Below are positions 1 through 8,567 of a stretch of 15,943 nt of DNA, one piece after another. The notes beneath the pieces were generated by a model. That model had not been told where the DNA came from. It did not search any database and was given only the letters and a program-made list of their open reading frames with translations. The stretch lies in assembly GCA_963977445.1 (NCBI GenBank), contig CAXBPH010000157.1, forward strand, positions 1-15,943, read 5' to 3'. The stretch is from an uncultured bacterium. GTDB lineage: Bacteria; Hydrogenedentota; Hydrogenedentia; Hydrogenedentales; JAEUWI01. The translations under genes and the position numbers were made by a program. Numbering within the stretch: the stretch's first letter is position 1; the number at the start of each line of letters is the position of its first letter.

Positions 1-1
1 T

Positions 2-1534
2 CTCATGGCGGCAGCGGGCGTGGGCTGGACGATTGGACGGGAAGGCCGTGCCGAGTACGGCGAGTCCCTGGCGGGCAAGCGATTCCCCAAAAGGAAGATG
101 GAGATATCCGGTCTCGACGACGACGGCGAGCCCCTGCCCCTCATGACCACCACGGACGCGGGACCCGAGGCGGAAGGCGACGAAAGGGTTATGGTTTACA
201 GCTTTCGCCTGTGTCTCACGGACGATCCCGACAACCGTGTGCCCTTCCCCGAACCGGAGCACTACGACCCGGCCCGCTTTGAGGCGGTTCGGCGCTATGC
301 CCAGTCGGGCGGCAAGAATTTTGGCTGGGATAGTTATCCCCTGCCCGGAAACAAGTTTGATGGCAACAACTCCATTGGCGGCAACTTTTCCCTCGGCCTC
401 GTGGGCGCATGCAATGGATGGAGCGAGGCGGACGCCGAAGGGCGCAAGAAAATCTGGGAAGCGCACAAACAGTACACCCTGGAGTTCCGCCACTTCCTCG
501 TCAACGACCCCGCAGTGCCCGAGGCCATTCGGGAACAGTATATCAACCTGGGCCTCTGTAAGGATGAGTTCGCCGAGTACGATCACTTCTCGCCCCAGCT
601 TTATGTCCGCGAAGGTCGGCGGATGAAAGGTCAGTACGTAGTCACGGAAAAAGACATCCTGGAATCGCCCGAAAAGGAAGACCCCATTGTGGTCTCGTCT
701 TTTCCCATCGATTCTCACGATGTGCAACGGGTTGCTCTGCCGGAGGGCGGTGTCATCAACGAGGGTACCATCTTCCCCGTACGGATGGAGGGACGCCGTC
801 ATGGCTACCCCTACCATATTCCCTATCGCGCCATTCTTCCCCAGTCCGAAGAATGCAGCAACCTCCTCGTGCCGGTGGCGCTGTCGTGTACCCATGTGGC
901 GATCTCTTCCATCCGCGTAGAGCCCACGTGGATGATTCTCGGCCAGAGCGCGGGTATTGCGGCAGCGCTGGCGGCGAAAACCGACGTGACGGTACAAGAC
1001 GTGCCCTACCCCACCTTGCGTGAACGCTTGCTGGCGCAGGGGCAAGTCCTGGACCTTCCCGAACTGCCGCCCCTGCCCCCCAAACCGGAGAAGCTCGGCG
1101 CGGTCGATCCCAAGACACTACCCGGCATCGTGTTGGATGACTCGGATGCCGAATTAACGGGAACGTGGAAGCACTCCACCAATTTTCCGGTATATGTGGG
1201 CACGGGTTATGTCCACGACGACAGCGCAGGCGACCGCAAAGCGACGGCGACTTTTCGCTTCACCGTCCCGGCGGATGGCAACTATGAATTACGCATGGCC
1301 TATTCAGCCCACCCAACGCGTGCGACGAAGGTGCCTGCCGAAATTGTCTGTGGTGAGACAAAGACCACTATCTTCGTGGACCAAACGCAACCCCTCCCAC
1401 AAGGGAAGCACTTTCGAAAGGTCGGGACAGTAGCATTGCGTAGAGATTCTGAAACAACCATCACCCTGGGTAACTCGGGCACCAACGGCTTCGTCATAGT
1501 CGATGCATTGCAACTGATTCCCTTGCCTGAATGA
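2..1534 (+). CDS. FAD-dependent oxidoreductase (FAD_oxidored/PF12831-like) with C-terminal xanthan-lyase/golvesin-type beta-sandwich; 5'-truncated by window edge
   Basis: Frame is open from the window start. Family motifs: LMAAAGV..TIGRE...EYGE, YSFRLCLT, QLYVREGRRM, FPIDSH, YHIPYRAILP..NLLVPVALSCTHVA..SIRVEPTWMILGQSAG. C-terminal GIVLDDSDAELTGTW...GYVHD...VIVDALQL module. The N-terminal FAD-binding GxGxxG lies outside the window. Confidence 0.85.
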   Translation, partial: LMAAAGVGWTIGREGRAEYGESLAGKRFPKRKMEISGLDDDGEPLPLMTTTDAGPEAEGDERVMVYSFRLCLTDDPDNRVPFPEPEHYDPARFEAVRRYAQSGGKNFGWDSYPLPGNKFDGNNSIGGNFSLGLVGACNGWSEADAEGRKKIWEAHKQYTLEFRHFLVNDPAVPEAIREQYINLGLCKDEFAEYDHFSPQLYVREGRRMKGQYVVTEKDILESPEKEDPIVVSSFPIDSHDVQRVALPEGGVINEGTIFPVRMEGRRHGYPYHIPYRAILPQSEECSNLLVPVALSCTHVAISSIRVEPTWMILGQSAGIAAALAAKTDVTVQDVPYPTLRERLLAQGQVLDLPELPPLPPKPEKLGAVDPKTLPGIVLDDSDAELTGTWKHSTNFPVYVGTGYVHDDSAGDRKATATFRFTVPADGNYELRMAYSAHPTRATKVPAEIVCGETKTTIFVDQTQPLPQGKHFRKVGTVALRRDSETTITLGNSGTNGFVIVDALQLIPLPE

Positions 1535-1587
1535 CCTGCGGGGCTGTCTCGCTGAACGTGGTGCCCTTGTTTATACAACGTGCGCCT

Positions 1588-1659
1588 TGTGTCGGGCAGG
1601 AATGCCCAACCTCCTGTGCAGACGTCTCCATAGGAGGTTGGGCATTCCTGCCCGACACA
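1588..1659. repeat. Perfect 28-bp inverted repeat (REP-like doublet), each arm itself a hairpin
   Basis: TGTGTCGGGCAGGAATGCCCAACCTCCT (1588-1615) and AGGAGGTTGGGCATTCCTGCCCGACACA (1632-1659) are exact reverse complements with a 16-nt spacer. Each arm is GGAG + GTTGGGCA-TTCC-TGCCCGAC. Confidence 0.9.
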
Positions 1660-1763
1660 CAGCCCACCATGGGCTCCAAGTGGCACCCTTGACGGACACC
1701 TCCCCGATGCAAAAAACATCGCGCGGGATCTCGGGAGCATCTGGACGCGCCCCGAGGGTGACG

Positions 1764-1772
1764 TGCTACACT
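1764..1772 (+). promoter_or_regulatory. Putative extended -10 promoter (TGcTACACT) upstream of the sulfatase
   Basis: TG-C-TACACT about 85 nt upstream of the probable GTG start; no well-spaced -35. Confidence 0.4.
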
Positions 1773-1856
1773 TGGGTTTCAGATTCAATCGGCAGGAGTC
1801 CGTCCCGTTAGACCCATTTCTAACCGCACTCGTCGCCTCTCTTGAAAGGTCTTTTT

Positions 1857-3950
1857 GTGAAATCTTTGTCCATTTGTTTTTTGCTTGTATCCTTGGCTCA
1901 CGTCGCCCACGCAGCTACCCAACCCAACATCGTCTTCTTCTTCACCGATGACCAAACCACCAGCACCATCGGCTGTTATGGCAACGACGTTGTCCAGACA
2001 CCCAATATAGACAAGCTCGCCACCGAGGGTGTCCGTTTTACCAATGCCTTTGTGAGCCAGCCCATCTGCTGGGTCAGCCGGACCACTATCCTCACGGGTA
2101 TGACCGGTCGGGGCTATGGCACGCCGGAGAACCCCGAAGTGGCCCGTCCCGATGCGGCGGAAGCGCTGTTTTCTGACGAACTTCGTAAACAGGGCTATCG
2201 CACCGGTCTTTTCGGCAAATGGGACACGCGCTTTCCCAAGGACTTCGTAAAGGAAGCGCATTTCGATGTCATTGAGGCTATTGGACGGAACCCCTACTAC
2301 AAAAAGATGCCCGATGGCAGTCTCCGCCATGAAACGGAACTCATTGTGGATAAGGGCATCGAATTTCTGAAAAATCAGCCCAAAGACCAACCCTTTGCCC
2401 TCAATATGTGGTTTAACGCCTGCCACGCAGAAGATAGTGACCGTCGTCCCGGAATCGGCCATTTCCCCTGGCCCCGCGCAGTGGATGGCATGTATGAGGG
2501 CATGACCATCGCCCCTCCTCGGCTGAATGCCCCGGAGATTTTTGATGGCCAGCCGGACTTCCTGAAGACGACCCTCAACCGGGAGCGCTATTTCTGGCGG
2601 TGGAACACGGATGAGAAATACCAGACCAACATGCGGGCCTATTATCGCATGGTCAGTGGAATCGATGGTGCCATGGGGCGCTTCATGAAGGCCCTGGAAG
2701 AGGCCGGGCTGGCCGACAACACCATCATCGTTTACTCGGCCGACAATGGCTATTACATGGGCAACCGGGGCTTCGCGGGTAAGTGGTCCCACTATGAAGA
2801 GGCCTTGCGCGTTCCCCTCATCGTTTTTGACCCCCGTCTCCCCGAAACACAGCGGGGACAGGTCACCGACGCCATGGCGTTGAACGTGGACCTCCCGGCC
2901 ACTTTTGTCGACTGGGCGGGTGCTTCGGTTCCCGAGCGATTCCAGGGAGAGAGTCTCAAGGCCGTTGTCGAATCCGGAAAGCCCGCCGACTGGCGCACGG
3001 AGACCTTCCACGAACATTATGCCGTACGTTCCCGTATCCCCGCCCATGAGGGCATCCGAAACGAAGCGTTTAAATACGCCCGCTACATCGACGAAGAAAA
3101 CTTCGAGTTCCTTCACGACCTTAAAAATGACCCCAACGAATTGGTCAATCTCGCCGGTGACCCGCAGTATGCCGACACCCTGCAGGCGATGCGTGCGCGT
3201 ACGACCCAACGGGTGACCGAGCTCGGTGCCCCCCTTGCCCCCCTGGGGCAGCCCTTCACCGCAGCGACGGTCCCCCATCCGGAGGCCTCTGCCGCCGTGA
3301 GCATAACGCCCGGACCCGATGGCTTCGTCAATCTCTTCAATGGGAATAACCTCTCCGGCTGGAGCGGTGACGATGCCCTGTGGTCCGTGAAGGAGGGTGT
3401 CATTACCGGACAGACCGATGGCACGCTGAAGGTGAACAACTTCCTCACGTGGAACGGCTCGACCATCCAGAACTTTGACCTCCGGGTGCAGGTGAAGATT
3501 ACACCGGGCGGCAACAGCGGCATCCAGTACCGCAGTGATTCCCGTCCCGAAATCGACCTCTATGCGGTGTCGGGTTACCAGTGTGACATCGTGGCGGACA
3601 ACCCGGCGTACAACGGCATGCTCTATGAAGAGCGGGGTCGCGGCATCCTCTCCCAAACCGGCCAGACCACGGTGGTTGGTGCCGATGGCAAACCCGAAGT
3701 TACCGCGTCGTCGCCCGCGCCCGAGTTTGAGGCAGGTGAATGGCACGAATATCGAATTCTCGTCGAAGGCAATCACTATCAGCATTGGATTAATGGCCAA
3801 CCGACGACCGAAGTAACCGACCTCGATGAATCGGGCCGTTCCCTCGAAGGGGTGCTGGCGTTTCAGGTCCATGTGGGTGCGCCCATGACGGTGCAGTTTA
3901 AAGAGATTAAGATTAAGCATCTGCCCGACGACTTGACGCTTATCGATTAG
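1857..3950 (+). CDS. Secreted type I (formylglycine) sulfatase fused to a C-terminal DUF1080 / 3-keto-disaccharide hydrolase-like domain
   Basis: Signal peptide ending AHA-A; PNIVFFFTDDQ; TPNIDKLATEGVRFTNAF; CWVSRTTILTG; YRTGLFGKW; NTIIVYSADNG; GKWSHYEEALRVPLIV; DLKNDPNELVNLA. From ~3321: GFVNLFNGNNLSGW...GNSGIQYRS...GYQCDI...GEWHEYRI...GVLAFQVH...VQFKEIKIK. Start placed at GTG 1857 (GAAAGG at 1844-1849); the ORF track uses TTG 1842. Confidence 0.92.
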   Translation: MKSLSICFLLVSLAHVAHAATQPNIVFFFTDDQTTSTIGCYGNDVVQTPNIDKLATEGVRFTNAFVSQPICWVSRTTILTGMTGRGYGTPENPEVARPDAAEALFSDELRKQGYRTGLFGKWDTRFPKDFVKEAHFDVIEAIGRNPYYKKMPDGSLRHETELIVDKGIEFLKNQPKDQPFALNMWFNACHAEDSDRRPGIGHFPWPRAVDGMYEGMTIAPPRLNAPEIFDGQPDFLKTTLNRERYFWRWNTDEKYQTNMRAYYRMVSGIDGAMGRFMKALEEAGLADNTIIVYSADNGYYMGNRGFAGKWSHYEEALRVPLIVFDPRLPETQRGQVTDAMALNVDLPATFVDWAGASVPERFQGESLKAVVESGKPADWRTETFHEHYAVRSRIPAHEGIRNEAFKYARYIDEENFEFLHDLKNDPNELVNLAGDPQYADTLQAMRARTTQRVTELGAPLAPLGQPFTAATVPHPEASAAVSITPGPDGFVNLFNGNNLSGWSGDDALWSVKEGVITGQTDGTLKVNNFLTWNGSTIQNFDLRVQVKITPGGNSGIQYRSDSRPEIDLYAVSGYQCDIVADNPAYNGMLYEERGRGILSQTGQTTVVGADGKPEVTASSPAPEFEAGEWHEYRILVEGNHYQHWINGQPTTEVTDLDESGRSLEGVLAFQVHVGAPMTVQFKEIKIKHLPDDLTLID

Positions 3951-3975
3951 GGCTGCCCTACAAGGAGATTAATTC

Positions 3976-5292
3976 ATGTTTAGTAGTCGCCCATCATGGC
4001 AATGTATCCGGTGCCTCGTCGCCGTGGCCCTGTTGTGGCCTGTCGCCGTGCCCGCACTCGACAAAGCCGATCTCGAACTCGTTTTTGAAGATGATTTTGA
4101 GTCAGGAATGGACGGCTGGTCTTTTAGCGACGCCGTCAACTGGAAGGTGGAACAGGAAGACGACACGAACAACCACGTCCTCTCTTTGTTCACCCCCAGT
4201 GGCAACGAGCGGGACTACTTTGCACCACGGTCTGTGGCCACCATCAAGGATCTTTCCCTCGGCAGTTTTGTTCTTGAGGCGCGACTGCGACACCGGGGCA
4301 AGGAATATGGTCATCAGGATCTCTGTGTCGTTTTGAATACCGAAGGCGACTACCAGTTTTACTACGTCCATCTTGCCCCCGTGGCAGACGAGGGGGCCAA
4401 CACGGTGTTCCGCGTCGACAATGCCGAGCGAGAATCCATAGCCATCCAGCGTAGCGACGGCACGACGTGGGGCGACCAATGGCACGATGTTCGGATTGTC
4501 CGCGATGTGCTGGCGGGTGATATCACCGTCTACGTTGACGATATGAACAAGCCCGTCATGGTGGCCAACGACATCACCTTCACGAAGGGCTCCCTCGGCC
4601 TCGGCAGTTTCAACGACATCGGCTGGTTTGACGATGTGAAAATCTGGGCACCGCCCGCCCAAAAAGAGGATGTCCCTTTTGTTTCAATCTTTGATGGTAA
4701 TTCGCTTTCTGGGTGGAAGGCCTCCGACATGCGTTACTGGTCGGTCGAAGACGGGACCATCACCGGCCAATGGTCAGAAGCCCTTCCCTGCACCCAGAAT
4801 CAGTTTCTCGTCTGGCAGGGCGGCGATGTCGCGAATTTTGAACTGAAGGCGAAGTTCCGGCTTGCCGAGTCAACGGGCAACTCCGGCATTCAATTCCGAA
4901 GCCGTATCGCTGCAGACGGCACGGGTGTGGGCTACCAGGCGGACATCCTGCCCGGCGGCCCCTGGTGTGGTGCCCTCGCCGATGAGTACACGGGGCGCGA
5001 ACCGCTGATGGTGCCCAATGGGCACAAGACGGTCGTGGACTTCGACGGCAATCGCACGGTCACGCCCATCGGCGATCCGGTTGCGTTACGCCCTATCGGC
5101 GAATGGAACGACTACCATATCATCGCCCGAGACCATCGGATGACCCTCCGGGTAAACGGCGAGGTGTCGGCGGTCTTTGTCGACTACGACACGAAGGAAT
5201 TCGATCCATCCGGCATCCTGGCACTCCAGTTACGTAACCAGATGCCGATGAAAGTGCAGTTCAAAGATATCTTTCTAAAGGAGTTGCCGTGA
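3976..5292 (+). CDS. Secreted protein with an N-terminal ConA/DUF1080-like beta-sandwich and a C-terminal DUF1080 domain
   Basis: RBS AGGAG at 3963-3967; hydrophobic signal peptide. N-domain LVFEDDFESG...WHDVRIVRD...GSLGLGSFNDIGWFDDVKIW. C-domain FVSIFDGNSLSGW...WSVEDGTITG...GNSGIQFRS...GYQADI...GEWNDYHI...GILALQL...VQFKDIFLKEL. Confidence 0.88.
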   Translation: MFSSRPSWQCIRCLVAVALLWPVAVPALDKADLELVFEDDFESGMDGWSFSDAVNWKVEQEDDTNNHVLSLFTPSGNERDYFAPRSVATIKDLSLGSFVLEARLRHRGKEYGHQDLCVVLNTEGDYQFYYVHLAPVADEGANTVFRVDNAERESIAIQRSDGTTWGDQWHDVRIVRDVLAGDITVYVDDMNKPVMVANDITFTKGSLGLGSFNDIGWFDDVKIWAPPAQKEDVPFVSIFDGNSLSGWKASDMRYWSVEDGTITGQWSEALPCTQNQFLVWQGGDVANFELKAKFRLAESTGNSGIQFRSRIAADGTGVGYQADILPGGPWCGALADEYTGREPLMVPNGHKTVVDFDGNRTVTPIGDPVALRPIGEWNDYHIIARDHRMTLRVNGEVSAVFVDYDTKEFDPSGILALQLRNQMPMKVQFKDIFLKELP

Positions 5293-5304
5293 GTAATTCT
5301 ATTG

Positions 5305-5336
5305 GTGGACCCGCTCGAATTTCTCGTCGGGTCCAC
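5305..5336. repeat. Hairpin just after the DUF1080 gene (possible degenerate REP or mRNA-stabilising stem)
   Basis: GTGGACCCG (5305-5313) / CGGGTCCAC (5328-5336), perfect 9-bp stem with a 14-nt loop and no U-tract. Confidence 0.5.
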
Positions 5337-5530
5337 TCCTGGTAATTCGCCCGAGATCCTTCGAATGGCGACGCCGGCGCGGCCTCTGCTAGAATGGTGG
5401 TCATGAATCGTCACGCTTGCTCTTGGCTACCCGCACAATTTGTCTCCCGAGACACTCCCCTACGGGCACCCCGCCTGTAACCCTAACGCCTGTGCGGACA
5501 AGCGTTTCGTAATCTCACGGAGTATACCCA

Positions 5531-7576
5531 ATGCTGCTGTACCTCGCCCTCACCGCCCTGGCCGCCACGTCTCAGAATGTGCTTGACGTCGCCAACACCC
5601 CCTTTCCCCAGGAAATTCCTTCTTTTTACCAATCCGAGGAGGCCCTGCCGGACAACGTGAAGTTTCCCGCACCCTCCTTCAGTATTGATAGCGATGACCT
5701 CGCGGACGCAGGCGCTATCCTCGCTGTTGCAGCCGCACCGGGCAGCGACCACGCCACGGCCGTCGGAACGGAACAGGGTCTGTATATGGTCACTGAAAAT
5801 GGACAAGGCTTTGCCCCCGTCTATCCCGCCGACGACCACTATTCCTGGGCACCCCGCGAGGTAGGCGCTGTGGTCTATGACAGCAAAGGCCGCCTCTGGT
5901 TCGGCGCGCAAAATGGTGTCGGTGTGCTGGATGGCACGACGTGGTCACTCTATACGGGTGCCGAGGGCCTGCCCTACAACACGTTTACCTGTGCTGCGGC
6001 GGGCGAAGATGGAGCGGTCTGGTTTGGCACGGACCATGGCGCGATTCGCTTTGACGGAACCACCTGGAATTACCGTTCGGGACGGCGCTGGTTACTCGAC
6101 AATCACGTGAAGGGCATCACGGTGGAAGCCGATGGCTCTGCCTGGATAGCGACCGAAACGGGCTTCAGCTACATCAAGCGCGAGATGTGGACCCTGGAAA
6201 AGAAATCCGATTTCTTCATCGACCAGGTGGAAACGCGTCACAACCGCGATGGATTTATCACCAATTGGGATTTGGAAGTGCAGGGCGATATCTCCACCGC
6301 CGTGCCCCAAATCACCGACAATGACGGCCTCTACACCGCCATGTATGGCGCGGCTATGGCCTTTAAGTATGCGGCCACGGGCGATGAACAAGCGCGGCTA
6401 TTGGCGGAGCGGAGTTTCGACGCCTGCAAGCGCCTGGTCGATGTGGTCCCCGAGTCGATGAAAGGTTTTCCCGCCCGCGTGCTGATTCCGGCCGACTGGA
6501 AAGACCCGGTAAACGAACAATACGACGCGGAATACAACGCGCGGAAGCTCAAAGGCGACGCCTTCTGGAAACAGATCACGCCCCGCTTCCCCCTGAGTGA
6601 AGACGGCAAATACATGTGGAAGAACGACACGAGTTCCGATGAACTGGCCGGCCACTATTTCTTCTACGCCATTTACTACGATCTGGTCGCCAAAACCGAT
6701 GCCGAAAAACAGGCCGCCCAGGATTTGGTGCGGGACGTCACCGATCACCTCATCCGCAATGACTTCGCCCTGGTAGACCACGACGGCAAGCCCACCCGCT
6801 GGGGCTACTTCGGACCCAAAGCGCTCTACTCGGCCCACGGCTGGCCCCAGGTTGGCCTCAACTCCATGATGATGCTGTCCTTCCTCAATGTAGCCGAACA
6901 CGTTACGGGTGATGCCAAGTATGGAGAAGTGGCCGCCATGTTGCGCGAGAAGCACAACTACCACATCAACGCCATGGTCCCCCGCCCCACCTTTCCCCCC
7001 GGAAACGTGGTGCCCTGGGACAACAATCTGGCCCTGTTGAGCTTCTATGGCCTAATCAACTACGAGCAGGATCCCGAGCTCATGATTCTCTATCGCCAGA
7101 GTCTGGAAGATTGCTGGCAGTTCTGCAGCAAACAGAAGAATTCCCTCTGGAACTATATCTATGCGTCTGGGGCAGAAAAGTTCATCGACCTGGTGAAGGC
7201 CGACTATTTCGACGGGGCCTTCCCCGATGCGGGCCCCTATGCCCCCAACTATGTAAAACGCTTTTCCACCTACGACGCGGCCGGTGCCGATTCCCTCGAA
7301 ACCCTCCAGCGCATCCCCTTGTATCTGCTCGGATGGCCCATGGAAAATACCCATCGGCTCGACGTCGAAATGGACCCCACGCCACAGGCCGGTGACAACC
7401 ACGGCTGGTCCCGCGTGGACCACCGGGCACTGCCCATCGACGAACGTGCCCATGTACGCCAGGATCGCGATGCCTTCAAGCTGAATGGTGCGGAAGGTGA
7501 TGGCTGGACGGAACACGAAGGGACGTTTTACCTGCTGCCCTATTGGATGGCCCGGTATCATGGATTCTTGAAGTAG
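5531..7576 (+). CDS. Secreted hypothetical protein: N-terminal beta-propeller (two-component regulator propeller-like repeats) plus C-terminal helical, probable (alpha/alpha)-barrel domain
   Basis: RBS GGAG at 5519-5522; short signal peptide MLLYLALTALAA. Repeats DSKGRLWFGAQNGV, GEDGAVWFGTDHGA, EADGSAWIATETGF and a YTGAEGLP motif. C-terminal DNDGLYTAMY, NDTSSDELAGHYF, DHDGKPTRWG, YLLPYWMARYHG. Confidence 0.8.
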   Translation: MLLYLALTALAATSQNVLDVANTPFPQEIPSFYQSEEALPDNVKFPAPSFSIDSDDLADAGAILAVAAAPGSDHATAVGTEQGLYMVTENGQGFAPVYPADDHYSWAPREVGAVVYDSKGRLWFGAQNGVGVLDGTTWSLYTGAEGLPYNTFTCAAAGEDGAVWFGTDHGAIRFDGTTWNYRSGRRWLLDNHVKGITVEADGSAWIATETGFSYIKREMWTLEKKSDFFIDQVETRHNRDGFITNWDLEVQGDISTAVPQITDNDGLYTAMYGAAMAFKYAATGDEQARLLAERSFDACKRLVDVVPESMKGFPARVLIPADWKDPVNEQYDAEYNARKLKGDAFWKQITPRFPLSEDGKYMWKNDTSSDELAGHYFFYAIYYDLVAKTDAEKQAAQDLVRDVTDHLIRNDFALVDHDGKPTRWGYFGPKALYSAHGWPQVGLNSMMMLSFLNVAEHVTGDAKYGEVAAMLREKHNYHINAMVPRPTFPPGNVVPWDNNLALLSFYGLINYEQDPELMILYRQSLEDCWQFCSKQKNSLWNYIYASGAEKFIDLVKADYFDGAFPDAGPYAPNYVKRFSTYDAAGADSLETLQRIPLYLLGWPMENTHRLDVEMDPTPQAGDNHGWSRVDHRALPIDERAHVRQDRDAFKLNGAEGDGWTEHEGTFYLLPYWMARYHGFLK

Positions 7577-7609
7577 ACAGAGGGATACAGACATTCCTGT
7601 CTGTCTTTT
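7575..7609 (+). terminator. Probable intrinsic terminator that also contains a REP-like TTCC-loop palindrome
   Basis: AGACAGA-GGGAT...ATTCC-tg-TCTGTCT stem followed by T residues, right at the stop codon. Alternative fold ACAGACA-TTCC-TGTCTGT (7587-7604). Confidence 0.6.
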
Positions 7610-7926
7610 GAAACCTTCGGAAGTATCACACGCTGAAATAGGACCCAATTCCCAAACTTCTCACCCAAACGCGCCATGCGATCCGGCAACGCCGGTTCGT
7701 GTGCCCGTTGTGGGTGAGTTGGCATGACTACAAACCCATTCAGCCAAGCGGTTTTCAGGGTCTGGAAACTCCCGCCGGTGAAGCCGCTGGCAGTAGCCCG
7801 TGCGGTTGGCATTGAGCGAGTGCGACTACGGGCACACGAAGCGGCGAAGCCGCATCGCGTGGCACGGCCCCAGGACCACTGCACGCACCGGATTTGTTAT
7901 CCTCGATTTAATAGGAGGCCCAACCC

Positions 7927-8316
7927 ATGATACAACTCGACCCCATCATCGCCGTAACGGACGTGGAAGCGAGCTCCCAGTGGTATCAGGCGCTGTTGGG
8001 ATGCAAGAGCATGCACGGCGGAAGCGAGTTCGACGTGCTCGCGGATGACGATGGCGAGACAATACTCTGTTTGCATACGTGGGGTGCCCATGAGCACCCC
8101 ACGATGCTGAATTCCTCGATTACACCGGGGAACGGACTCATCCTCTACTTCAAGACGGATAACCTGGAAGGCATCCGAGCGAATGCCGAGGGGCTTGGTT
8201 GTGCGATTGAAGAAGATATCCACGTGAATGAGAACTCCACCAAACGGGAGTTTTCGTTACGGGACCTGGATGGATATTATCTGACGATCACGGAGTTTCA
8301 TCGGTACGCGGGGTAG
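7927..8316 (+). CDS. VOC family protein (glyoxalase/bleomycin resistance/dioxygenase)
   Basis: RBS AGGAGG at 7913-7918; PIIAVTDVEASSQWYQALLG; GNGLILYFKTDNLE; REFSLRDLDGYYLTI; 129 aa. Confidence 0.9.
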   Translation: MIQLDPIIAVTDVEASSQWYQALLGCKSMHGGSEFDVLADDDGETILCLHTWGAHEHPTMLNSSITPGNGLILYFKTDNLEGIRANAEGLGCAIEEDIHVNENSTKREFSLRDLDGYYLTITEFHRYAG

Positions 8317-8367
8317 GTTACGGGATGACGGGTGGGACTGTCGTCTCCAGAAAGAGAAATGTGACCG

Positions 8368-8535
8368 TTGGGAGCGCAGGCGGCTCGCCTGCATCACGCG
8401 AAAGGCGCGAAAGGCGCGAAAATAAAATGCTTCCATGGGGTCTCAAATTGACATAGCTTTCGCCCGTGTTAACTACTTATGTAACGTCCATAGATGCCTA
8501 TCGCCAGTCTGCAGGCGGGCCGCCTGCGCTCCCAA
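8368..8535. repeat. REPIN-like unit A (two inverted 26-nt REPs plus 116-nt spacer)
   Basis: TTGGGAGCGCAGGCGGCTCGCCTGCA (8368-8393) and TGCAGGCGGGCCGCCTGCGCTCCCAA (8510-8535) are 25/26 reverse-complementary. Each REP contains GCAGGCG-NNN-CGCCTGC. Confidence 0.9.
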
Positions 8536-8567
8536 TGGTTGCGTTATATTTGGTGGATTGGAGAATT

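Noticed and set aside
1785..3920. 711-aa antisense ORF opposite the sulfatase
   Set aside because: Shadow ORF typical of GC-rich codon usage; no recognisable motifs, and it overlaps a well-supported gene.
5486..5507. Short palindrome AACGCCTGT-GCGG-ACAAGCGTT upstream of the 681-aa gene
   Set aside because: Possible operator, but single, imperfect and with no convincing second copy in the window.
7896..8360. VOC gene as a true integron cassette
   Set aside because: GTTATCC precedes it, but there is no matching inverse core or attC after the stop codon, the box spacing is off, and no integrase is in the window; kept only as a weak possibility.
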